Source of the DNA: Candidatus Termititenax aidoneus | GTDB lineage: Bacteria; Margulisbacteria; Termititenacia; Termititenacales; Termititenacaceae | NCBI GenBank assembly: GCA_003864455.1 | Contig: BGZN01000005.1 | Location: 9,280-73,279 of the forward strand | Length of the DNA: 64,000 bases | Reading direction: 5' to 3' | The notes under the pieces: model-generated | The model's input: the letters and a program-made list of their open reading frames with translations, nothing else | The model's database searches: none | What the model was told of the DNA's origin: nothing | Translations under genes and position numbers: made by a program | Shown: positions 47,931 through 59,900 of the stretch, piece after piece | How the letters are laid out: each line of letters starts with the position of its first letter | Numbering within the stretch: position 1 is the stretch's first letter

Positions 47931-50900
47931 CTAATTCAACACCGCAAATTTAGATTTGATGATGTGTTTTTCGCCGGTGACTTGGTCGGTCAGTGTGAGC
48001 AATACTATATACACGCCGTTGCCGATCTGGTCATTGAAATCATTTTCGCCGCTCCAGATAAATTCCGCCGGAAAATCATTTGTGGCCGGCAGGTCTTTGG
48101 TTGTCTTATATAGCAGCCGGCCGCTGATCGTGTAAATCCGCAGCTCCGCACTGCAATTATTTGGCGCGCGGTAAACAAAATGCAGCGGACCGTCGGTCAG
48201 CTTGACCGGATTGGGCGCGATGATTACATTGTAATTTTCCACTATAGTTGCGTTCCTATTGAGCGCCGAGCCGAGCGTGTACATTCCTGGCTTGTTCGTG
48301 GTAAAACTGACCGCGCCGTTCGCGGCCAGCTGCGCTGCGTTGCCGGTAAACATTTTCCATTTGTATTCCTGCGCGTCAAAATAATAAACAGCCAAATTGT
48401 TGTAAGACGCGGCGTCCGGCGTCAGCGGTATAGTAACTTCGATGCCCTTGTTTGCCGCGCCGCTAAAGTTTAATTCCCAGACGCTGGAAATCCACAGCGT
48501 TTCATTGGCGTTTGGATAATAATTGCTGTATGTAACATCGTTCAGCGTTACGGTTTCATCGTCGTCAAATGTACCAGCCAGCGCCAGGACGCTGACATTG
48601 GGACTATTGCCTTCCTGATAAAAGTCCACAAAATTAAAAGTTACGGCATTGGCAGTGGCAGTGTTCTTGGCTTGGTCTTGCGCGACTATGATAATATCGA
48701 TATTGCCTGATGACCGATCACTGAAATTCAAAGTCAGAGCAAAAGTTGTCTGGCTGTAACTGTCTCTGTCAATCATCTCCAGTTCGCCGTTTACGTAAAC
48801 CAAAATTTCACTCTTAATTTCTTTGTTGCCGGTGATGCGGATCAACGCGCGGCTGGTGTCTGTGTAGCCGAGCGGCGAAATATCCGGTGTAGCCGGCGGG
48901 AAAGTGTCGGGGATAGTCCGAAAAACATAAGCCAGCACGCTGATATTGCCGCTGCTGCCGTTATAATTATTATTGTCGCGCGCTGTAACGGTTACTCTGT
49001 ATTCCGTGTCGTACTCCAGTTCCGGCGGCTGATAATTGAGCTGGTAACTCTTGCCGTCGCTGCTGGGCGTCAGACTGCCGCTCAGGTCAATGAAATACCG
49101 CGTCTCGTTGTTTATCTGCAGAATTGTATATATCGGATTGACGCCGCTCATCGTGTCGATAAGATCGACGATTATTCGAGAATCGATACTGACTGAATAA
49201 TTATTGTTTACCGGTTCGACCGGCTGAATACTCGGCATGGACAAATCGGGCGCGGTCAAGAAATGCTGCGTGCTATTGGCCGTATTCCCGAAAACATCGG
49301 CAATATTTAAAGTGATCTGTAAATTTTTGTTGTAGCCAATATTCGTTAGCAATAATTCCGCGGTCAATTGTTTATTGGCGGTGGTTATAGACAAGACCTG
49401 CATTGTGGCCAGCGGATTATTGATAGAAATACTGATGCTGTCCGGATCGAGGTCTGAATAATTGTCTTCAACAAAAATATTGATTACGGCGTTGTCCGTA
49501 TTTGGATTGCCCTGCGTGATGGTAAAGGTATTAACTGTCGGCGGCCGGAAATCCGTGATGACGACAAAATTATAGGCCAATTCTCGCTGATGTCCCAGAT
49601 TATCCTCAATATTAATCGTTACGGAAACCGTGCTGCCTAGTTCAAAAAAGTCCGGCGGCGTGTAAATAATTTGCGCGTTGTAAATGTCGCTGGCATCTAT
49701 AGTGTAGTCTGCCGCACTGATTACATTGCCGCTGACTTCCAGCGTCAAAGTATTGAGACTGAGACCGGATTCCAAATCCTGGATATTAAAACTGAGCGGC
49801 GTGTCTTGCGGCGTTCTGGTTTGGCCTGGCGCTGGATAGGCCAGGATAGCCGGCGGATCGGTGTCGGCCTTGGTTTGGAAAACAAAAACTTGAGCAGTTA
49901 CCAGTTCGACATTATTGGCGGCGTTGATCGTAATAGTATACGGCTGGTTCAATTCTAAACGGCCGGCGTAAATATAAATGTTGTTCGCGCTGGCCCGCAA
50001 TTCGGCGGTGCGGTCAATATCATTCAAAATAAAATTAAATGTGGCGATCTCGCTTTCATTATCCGTAACCAAGAAAACAATATTTTGCGTAATGGCAACG
50101 CCGGTCAGGGCGAGCGGCTCGATCAGGTTAATAGTCGGAGCGGTTTTGTCATTGATCGTGCGTACCGAGATCGTCACGGTCAGCTCGGCATAATTTCCTG
50201 TAATTACTGCGGACAATTCTTCCTGCGGCGGGTGATTGAAAATTATGCTGCTGGTAGCGCTCGCCGGATTTGCGGAGTTGTCGCCAAAAGAACCGGCGCC
50301 GTCTGTGCTCAGAGTTACCGGCACTTCCTGCAGCGGTGTGCCGTATTTATCCTGCACGGAAATATTGATGGTCGAAGTCTGGCTAAAATTCTTGACGATC
50401 AGAGCCGGCGCTAGATTCAGCACAGCCGGATGCACCAGCTCAAATTTGCCGATATGCAGTGCTTGAGCGCTGAGCGTGTAGCCGCCCTTGAGGTTTGGTG
50501 AGATCACGGCGTTGCCGGTCAAATAAATATTGTCGGTCATATTCCCGTAATAATCGCTCAAAACTTTTCCGTCTGCTGAGATGAATGGATATTTGTCCGG
50601 CGAATACATTTCCAGCCAATAGGTTTTGCCGTTTAAGGACGCGACCGCGGAAGTGTCAAGATAATTCGCGTTGAGGCTCAGGCTGCGAAAATCGGCGCGT
50701 TCATAATCTATTTGATTGCTGGACGGCAAGGTGAGCGCGCCCAGCCATTGACCATCTATTTCGCGGTAAATAGTTACTGTCGAATCCGCGGTAAATTCAT
50801 TCATATCGCCGTTCTCATTTTCAGCGTAGTAACCGGCGTCAATCGGCAGCAAAATGCTCGGCCGGTATTCCAGCGCGCCGATATCGTAAGGCTCACTGCG

Positions 50901-53900
50901 GCTTTTGTTTTTGTAGTCTGTGTCCGAAATCCAGTAAGTATTGCGGCTGTTTTCATTGTCCACGATTTCTTTCGCCGTGGCTTTCGGCACATAGTCATAT
51001 TTGTCTATGGCGCTTAGATTAGCCGAAACACCGGCTGTGTTAATATCAGCCGGATAACAATTATACAGATTGGGCTTGTTGGCGTTTGTATTAACATGCG
51101 CGGTCTTGCCCGCGGCTGTGTTTTCAATGAATAAAGAATTGTAAATATTGGGCTTGATGCTGTTAATATTGTATATAGCGCCGTAATAATTTGCAGCCGT
51201 GTTTCTGATAAATGAGGATTGATAAATATTGTTTGCTTGAGCGGAAGAATAATATATTGCGCCGGCATTATTTGCGGCTTTGTTATAATCAAAAATATTA
51301 TTTATTAGATTTGATTTGCTGTTAATTATATAGATAGCGCCGCCATTTTGAGTGGCGGTATTGCCGCGGAATAAACTTCTTTCTAAGTAAAGATCACCAT
51401 TGCTGACGCAAATACTTCCGCCGTTGTTGGCAGAATTTCCGGAAATCGTTAGATCAGCGCCGTATAAGACGCCTTTGTTATAAATAGCGCCGCCGGCGCC
51501 ATTGCCGGATTTAGCGAGTCGATTGCCTATAAAAATTGTTTTGTTAAGAGTCGTGCTGCCGTTATTGAAAATCGCGCCGCCGCCGCTGTTCGTGCTGTAT
51601 CCGTCAGCGCTATTATTTTGGAAGATCGTTTGATCGACCGTAAGCAGGCTGTTATTGAAAATAGCGCCGCCGCCTTCATTGGCGCTATAGCTGGTGTTAT
51701 TGTCTCGGAGAGTAAGATTATTTAAGACCAGAGCCGCATTATTCAGAATAGCGCCGCCGGAGACAGAACGCCCTTTGACCAGCGTGAGATTTTGCAGAGT
51801 TATGTTATAGCCTTTGCCAAAATTAAAAATGCGGCTTTTTTCCTGCGCATCCAGCGTCGCGCCTTGTTCGGAGACAATGACTATGCCGACTGTGGCGGAG
51901 TTGTTTTCCGGCAAATTGATTTCCGCGGCTAAGTCATAATAGTCGTTGACCAGATTTATAGTGATACTGGACAATTCTTTATGCAAGGCATGGTTTAAAG
52001 CGTTCTGAATATTGCGGAAAGGATAATCGGCAAAACCCAGTTCATGGCCGGTGTAGTCCTTGTCGACATAAATATCCTGCGGCGCTGCTAGCGTGCTCAG
52101 AGTTACGACCAGTTGAGCAATATTGCCGCTGGCGTTTTCCGCGGTGATAATCAGATTGTAAGTCATGGCGGTGTCGAAATAATTGAGGCTTGGCGCGGTT
52201 GTTAAAACATATCCCGTGCTTTGCAGGGTAAACAAAGAATTATCCACAGGCAGATTGAGACTGATCTGCGCCGTGCTGATTTTATCCGGAGTTTCTATAA
52301 TAGATATTTTAAAATCGTTAGTAACCAGCACATTGTTGTAATCAGCGGCGGCTGGCTGTAGCAAAATGATATTTGGCTTATCGGATTCCCAGGCGCCAAT
52401 ATCCGGCTGGTGATGCTCCGGTCTGGCCAGACCGCGCATGTCGCGCGAGACCGTCCAGGCGCTGTCCGAATCGTCCGCCGCGTCCACCGCCGGCGAGTTA
52501 AAAGCGATTTCCGTAAAGGTGTCATCTGTAAAGAGCGGAGCGCTGTCTGCTAAATTGTGGTGCGCGGTAATTGTTCCTGCACCGAACGGACTGTTGTCCA
52601 GAATTGAATTGGCTACAACGGCCGCGCCGTTAGAGCCGTCAAATATTTTTAAATTGTTAACCAGATTGGAATGAATAATTTCTGTTCTCGCGCCATAATC
52701 GTTATACACCGCTTGAGTTATGCCAGCCAGCACAGAATTTTGAAGGCGCGCGTATGCCGCGGGCTGATTGAATATCAAGCGCTCAAGATTGTAGCTGCGC
52801 AGAGCTTCAATATATAACCGGCCTGGATTATTAATTTCGCCGCGATAAACAAAGTTTTTTAAATTAACAGTAACCGGCTGCGCAATATCAATATTTCCGC
52901 TGACAATCGTGTTAGTTGTGCCGATTAAAGAGATATTCGTGTTGTTATTCCAAAGAATATTTTCCGCGTAAGTTTCCCCGAGTAAAAATATTTCACTGTC
53001 ATGTCCGGCGATAGACATAGCCTTGGCGATGGTTTGGAAAGGCAGCTCTGCTGAACCGTCATTGGCGTCATCTCCGTTGAGAGCCGACACATACATTTCT
53101 TTGGGATTGAGCGTGCGGAATTGATAGGCGTGCTTGACGCTGGCCGCGTTTACCACAATGTTGATGCTGGCGCTGAAGCGGAAACTGGGGCTGGGTGTAA
53201 AGGTGAGGTAAAAATCTGTCAAATCCGCGGCGCTAGCGTTTAGGCTGATTGTGATCTGCGCGGTTGGCTGAATGTACTCAACGCCGTTGACCAGCAAAAC
53301 AACAGTTGACGGATCGATATTCTGCCGGTGATCACGTATCCGAAAAGTAACCGGACTATTTACAGAAATATCCTGCGCGCCAGCGGTAGGCTGATATTCA
53401 TTCAGATAAGTTCCGTCATATTCGTAAATGCCTATATCCAACCCGTCGTAAATATAAACGGCGGCATTGGGCGAGCCGCTGTCGATCAGCGGGGAATTAT
53501 AACTGACGCGATAATCGTTGGCGTCTGGATTAATAAAACGCGGAGCGTCTATTTTTAAGTTAGTGCCGCTGTTATTTGTAAATTTATCGCCAGCGGAATA
53601 ATTAATAACAACACTGCTGCCTGAAAAATCCTCTTTGTTGATGTCGCCGTTGGCCCAAAAAACGCTGTTATCTATCGAGCCTTGAACGCGATAAGCTATA
53701 TTGCCGGGATTAGTTGAGTTTGGGCCGGTGTTGTTGTGAAAAACGGAGTGCTTTATATTGATCGGGGTTCGCGCGGGATTTGTTGACGGATAAACGCTAA
53801 AAACGCCGCCGTGAAGCCCTGCGGTGTTATTTTTAAACAAACAATGCTCGGCCAGGATCTCGACACAGTCGAGAAAAACTCCGCCTTCTAGACCACTGTG

Positions 53901-56900
53901 TCCGTTGCTAAAAATAGACCAGTAAGCGGAGACTTTGCTCTCAACAAAAGCGCCACCAGCAAATGTAGCGGTCGCGTTGTTAATTGTTACGTATTCCAGC
54001 ACGGCGTTTACTCTGACCGCCACGCCGCCGAAAGTAGCAGATGTGGAATCGAGCACAGTGTTGCTGATCTGCAGCGGGGACAAGTCATTAGTCGCCTGGG
54101 TGTAAAATAATCCGCCGTCTTTGTTGGCGCTATTGCCGCTGACCAACGTATTCAGCACGGTGATGCGCGCCGCCTTGCTGGTGTTGACCACGGCGCCGTA
54201 GAGCGCGCCGTTTTCTCCCGCGTCATTTACCGCGTGATTGTCCAGGATCAGCAAATTATTCAGTGTGATGCTGTTTAAAATAGTATTTTGCTGATTGATC
54301 ACATTGTTAAAAGAAACAATAGTCAGATCCGCCAATTGAATATCGCCGTTGCCAGTGCTGACGATCATAGCGGTTTGTCTATTGCCCTGGATTTTATTTG
54401 TTTGGAATAAACCTTTGAGAGTAATATTTTTGCTTGGCCAGGACAAAGGCGCGCTGAGCGTGATTTTAGAAGCTATGACGATAATAGTGTCGTTGTTGTC
54501 TGCGGCGTCCAGCGCGTCTTGTAAATTGGCATAATAATCTTTGCCGTCGATATAAGCGACAGAACCACCTGGGTCAAACTCCAGCGCGCCAAGATCGTAG
54601 CCGCCGAGGATCGGCCGGCTGTCGCCGGCATAGTCTGTATTTAGCGCGTAATTAGCCGAAGCTTTATTGAAAGCCGGCGAATCTGTCGAGATTAGACGGT
54701 AAGCGGCGTCCAATTGCGGATCAGCGCTGAGATTATCCGGACCGTCCAGCAGAGTTTGCGCCAAAGTATTGACGCCGTAAAGCGCGCCGCTTCCAGAAGC
54801 CAGCTGCGTACTGTTGTCCCAAATAATGCTGTTCAGGAGCGACAGTGTTTTGTTTGACGAAAAAGAGAAAGCCGTTGCGTTTCCAACTATAGTATTGAAA
54901 TTAAGCGTGGCGCCGCTGAAATTCGACAAACGCAAAGCCGAACTTTTATTGTTGACCAAGAGCGAGTTTTCCACCAACAGATTGGCATTGGCGGCTTCTA
55001 AAGATAAAGCCGAGCCGTTGCCGTTTAACACGCTATTTTCGCTGAAGCTGGACTGTCCAATATAGACTGTTTGCAAGGACGAACTGTTGAGGTAAAGCGC
55101 ACCGCCATTATATTGGGAGGTGTTGTTGTGGAAATGCGAACGTTGAATGTTTACTTTCAAACCGTTGTAATAATACAAAGCTCCTCCCTCGTTGCCTTGA
55201 TTGTTGCTGAATGTGCTGTTTTCGATCTTTAAATACTTTACGCTGGCGTTTATGGCCTGGCCGCTGTTGTCGCTAAAAATGCTATTGACGATATTTACTG
55301 TGCCGCTTTCGTTTTCGATTCTTAACGGATTGCTTAGGCCGTGAAAAATCAGGCTGTCCAGGGTGGCGGTCAGATCGGAGCTGCTCTTGATCTGGATTTT
55401 AAAATTGGTGGTTACGTTGTTGCCTTTTAAAGTCAGATTATTTTTATTAGGCCAGTTCAGCTCGGCTTCTTTTTGGCCGGCCTCGGCCAGCGCGTAATTG
55501 CTGGAGATCTCCAGCGTGTGTCCGTCGGCGAGCGACGGGTCTTCGAAGGCCGCGCGCAGGCTGATGTATTGCTGGCCTAGATCAATATTTTTGACAATGC
55601 GCAGCAGCGGATTTATGGTAACAGTTAGGACATTGGAAGAAATACCTTCCGACCAGGCCTGAATTTCCAAAACAACATTTTCGTTGTTTCCGCTTTTGAG
55701 TTTGGTTTGGGCATAACCGTTGCCGCCGCTGAGCGCTGTAACCGGCTCAAAGCTGGCGCCGCCGCTGTTGGCGGATTTAAAATTAAAACTGATTTCCTGT
55801 CCGGCGACTGTATTTCTGTTGTCGTCCAGCGCCAGGACATTGAGCATTAGATCATAGCCGATCTGCACGCTGGCGGTCGGCGGGTCAAAAACTAAATACT
55901 TAAATGAAGCTCGGCGCGTGTAAAATTCACTCTCCGGCACACTGTATTCGCCGCCGGAAGAATTTTTTACAGCGATGCTAAAATTTACAGTTTGACTGGT
56001 GCCGATATAACCCAGATCAAGCTCGGCCTGAAGCGTGTCATTGATCGTGGCAATGACCAGGTCTTCCCGCTGATACACTTTGGTATTGCCGGTGATGTTT
56101 ATAGTTAAGATGATGTCCGTAATGTCGGTGAGCCCCGTGCTTTGATTGTAAATCACGAAGCTAAGAATTGGGTTGGCTTGATTGCCCTGGCTGCCCGCCG
56201 CCGGCTGAATCCCGTTGATAAACAAACCGTCATATTCATAGCTGCCCAGGTCAAAATATTCATAATATTTTCCGTCGGTCAAAGTAACATTATTTGTGCC
56301 GCGGTCAATGCCCGGATCGGCGCTGGTCAGATGAAAATCACCATTGGCCGCGTCCGCAAAACTCGGCGCGGCGCTGAGACAGTTGATGTTGGCCGCCGAA
56401 TTGTCCGGCGGCAGATTGCTGTGAATTATTGTGGTGTTTTGATTATTCGGCGCGAACATAGGCGCGCTGTTGTCCCAGAGAATAGAGTTGATCGCGGTGA
56501 AAGAAGCTAAATATGCAGAGTCGTTGGCGGCGGCAGAGTAAACACTTGGCTCGCCGCTGCCCAGCGCGGTATTGCCGTAAACTGTGCAGTTTTCCAGCTC
56601 GATCTTGCCGCGGTAAAACAAACCTGTTGACCGCACGCTTTGATTGTAAAAGAAATCGCTGCGCGAGGCGCGCAAATTGCCAGAATTATAAAAAAGGCCG
56701 TAATCTTCAACCTGGTGGCGCGCAAATCTGCTGTTCTTAATTAGAACTGTGCCATAGCCGTCTCCCGCTTCAAACGCGCCAATATTGGCTTGATTGCCGT
56801 AAGCCTGCACATTGTGCAGCTCTAAATTGCTGTTTTCTTTGTAAATTGCGCCGCCGAAACTCAAAGCCCTGTTGCCGCTGATCACTGAGTCGTAAATTTT

Positions 56901-59900
56901 TAAAGTAGAGTTATTATGTAGCCCAATACTTCCGCCGTTTCCGGACTGGCCGTTTAACAAGTGAATACGGTTCAGCGTAACTTGCGCGCCGCTGATAACA
57001 AAATGATTCCCTTGCTTTTGCGCATTCAGCGTTACATTGCCGGAAATGGTTATGTTTTTAGTTATGTTTATGCCTGTCTCGGTGTATTCCCCCGGATCGA
57101 TTTCCAGCGTCTGATCCGGCGCGGCGCGGGACACGGCTTGCTGTATGCTGCCATAATAGCTGTCGCTCTCCAAAATATGAAAAGCGGTTTTTTTAGTTGT
57201 AAAATTTAGGGTCGCGTTTTGCGTGTTGCCGCTTTTGTCCGCGACATTAATGGTTAGATAATGTTCGGCATTAAAACTCACGTCCAGCAGCAGTTTGATC
57301 TGAATGCCGTCGGCGATATAACTGAGGCTGCCGGTGTAATTCACCGGCGTGCCGTTCAGCAGTATCTCCAGCAAATTTAAACTGAGGCCGGAATCAAAAT
57401 CCTGCGCTGTGAAATTCAAAGTCAGCGGCGAGTCCAGATCGCTGTCGCCATTATTTGGCGAGATGATCTGAATTTCTGGTTTGGTGTCGTCTGCCTGAGT
57501 TGTAAAAGAATAAGTTACGCTAAGCTGATTGCCCGCATAATCTTCAGCGTTGATCGTGATGCGCAGGTTCTCTTTATAATTAAAAAAAGGCGCAGGGTTA
57601 GTGTAAACATAATCGTTGGAGTCAGTACGAACGGCGATATACTTGTATTGGTCGTTTATGTACAGAGAGATGTAGCTGAGCGGGCTGTCCTGATCAAAAA
57701 GCTCGAAACTAATATCCGCGGTTATAGACACATTGACACTGCCGGGCTGCGGCGTGAGCGTACTCATATTGAGCGTTGGCGCGGTGCGGTCGGCTAGCTC
57801 CAGCGCCGAAGACCAGGGACTGTACGGCGAATAAACATCTGTGTCCGCGTCCCGCCAGCGCAGCCTAACCGCTATTGTTTGATTGTCAGACACGCTGATC
57901 TCGACATTTTCCGAGGCCGCAGGATAAAGCCGGGTATAAATAATTTCGCCGTTGCCGGAAACGCTCAGCTCCCATTCTTCCAAATAATTATTGATCGTCG
58001 CCGGCCGGTTAATTTTCAGGCGCTGATCGTCCGCGGTGTTTCTGCTGTCTTTATTGGTCCAATTGATGTTGTAGATCAAGCCCGGCGTCGGCGGTATTTC
58101 TGTGGTATAAGAAAAAGTACAAACCGCTGTGTTGCCGCTGTAGTCCGCCACGCTGATGGTTACAAAAATCGCTTCGCCGTAATACAGCGGGTTGGGACTG
58201 GGAATGACTTGGACATAAGCAGTGTTGTCTTGATGGACTATATTTAAACTGTGCTCATTGACGGAAACCCGCAGCGTGTCAAAATTTACTTGGCTCTCAG
58301 TGTCCGCAGCATAAAAAGTTATCTTGCTGTTGATATTGTTGCCGGTAACAATATTATAGATGGTGGGCGGCGTGATGTCCGACAAAGTGCTAAAAGAAAA
58401 ATTATAAGTGGCGCTGTTGCCGGCTGCGTCCAGCGCGGCGACCTGAATATTTACAGTGTTGTCATACTGCAGATTTTGGCCGAGAACCAGCCGGCCTTGG
58501 TAAGTTTTTGAAAAATCGCTTTCAGATTTGTAAAGAGATAAACTCTCCAAATAACTACCCTCGACCGCTTGTTCGTTAATTGTAACCGCCAAGCTGATCT
58601 TATAGTCCGGGATTTCGGAATGATCTGTAAAATAAAGACAAATAGGGGCTGTAATAGGTATATTGGCCGAACTGTTCCCCGGCTCGCTGTAGATGATCGG
58701 CGGCGTGCGGTCGGCCAATTGAATAGAATTTTCCGGCGACCAGGCCATAATATCGCTGCCGGGCAGCAGCCAGTACACATAAGCCGTAACATTTTGATTG
58801 TCGCTGACCGTGATCTCGACATGCTCCGTCAAGATCGAAATGCTGGTTATTTCAGAATAATCAGAGTTGCTGCCCAGGCGGTATTTTATATTCCATTCCG
58901 AAATAGCGTTATTTTGGGTCGGCGGACGATGAACCAGCACTATTTGATTATCCGTAGTGTTGTAATTTTTACTGTTGACCCAGGTCAAAGCTGGCGCTTC
59001 CGGCATGGACAGTTCCGCAGTGGTCAGCCAGCTGCGGGTCAGAACAACGCTGTTGCCGGCTGTGTCGAAGGCGTTTATAGTGGCGGAAATTTTAGTGCCG
59101 ATAGCGCTTGTATTGTCCAGTATAAACAAAATATACTCCAGACCTCCCCCGGCGTTGATAGTTACGACGCCGGTCAGCGACTCGGGCGTACCGTAAGCTG
59201 TTTGGCCGGCATTATTGACGAGACGCTGGGTTTCCGCTTCTATGGTCAGGACGCTGTGATTGTCGGTCAGGCCGGTTTCGTCAGAAAAGCCCAGGCCAAA
59301 ACTTGGCGTTACACCGGCCTGTATTTCCAGGACTTGAGCCGGGTAAACATCCCGCATTTCCGGCGGGGTGCGGTCGCCGATATATAACTCCATGCTTGCC
59401 GACTTTTCCGATTCTATGGTGTCGCTGACCCAGGCGATTTGCAGACTGACGGAGGTATTGTCCGGGAGCTCGGTGAACACATAATGATCTATATTAATGT
59501 CTACAGTGGCAATTGCTTCCATATCGCCGGGTTTATAGATTTTCCAATGGGTGATGCCGATGTCGGGCCGGACAATTTGATCGAGCGAAATAGTGATCTG
59601 CTGATTGTCCGTAGTGTTGCGTTCGGTTTCATTGTCCCAGATCAGCAGCGGCGCGGCAGGCTGCGGCAGTTGCACCCGAAAACTAAAAGCGGCATTGGCG
59701 GTATTGCCGGCGTTGTCCGCAAAATTGAGCGTAACAAAGACCAGATCATTATAATTAAACTGATTGTTGAGTAAGAGATATATATTATTTGGAAAAGGAG
59801 TCATTAGCGTATGAGGAATAGAATTTATATTATCGGTCGATATTTCTACATCATAAGAAGCGGCGTTTATTCCGCTATGATTATCCGTAACGGTAATTGC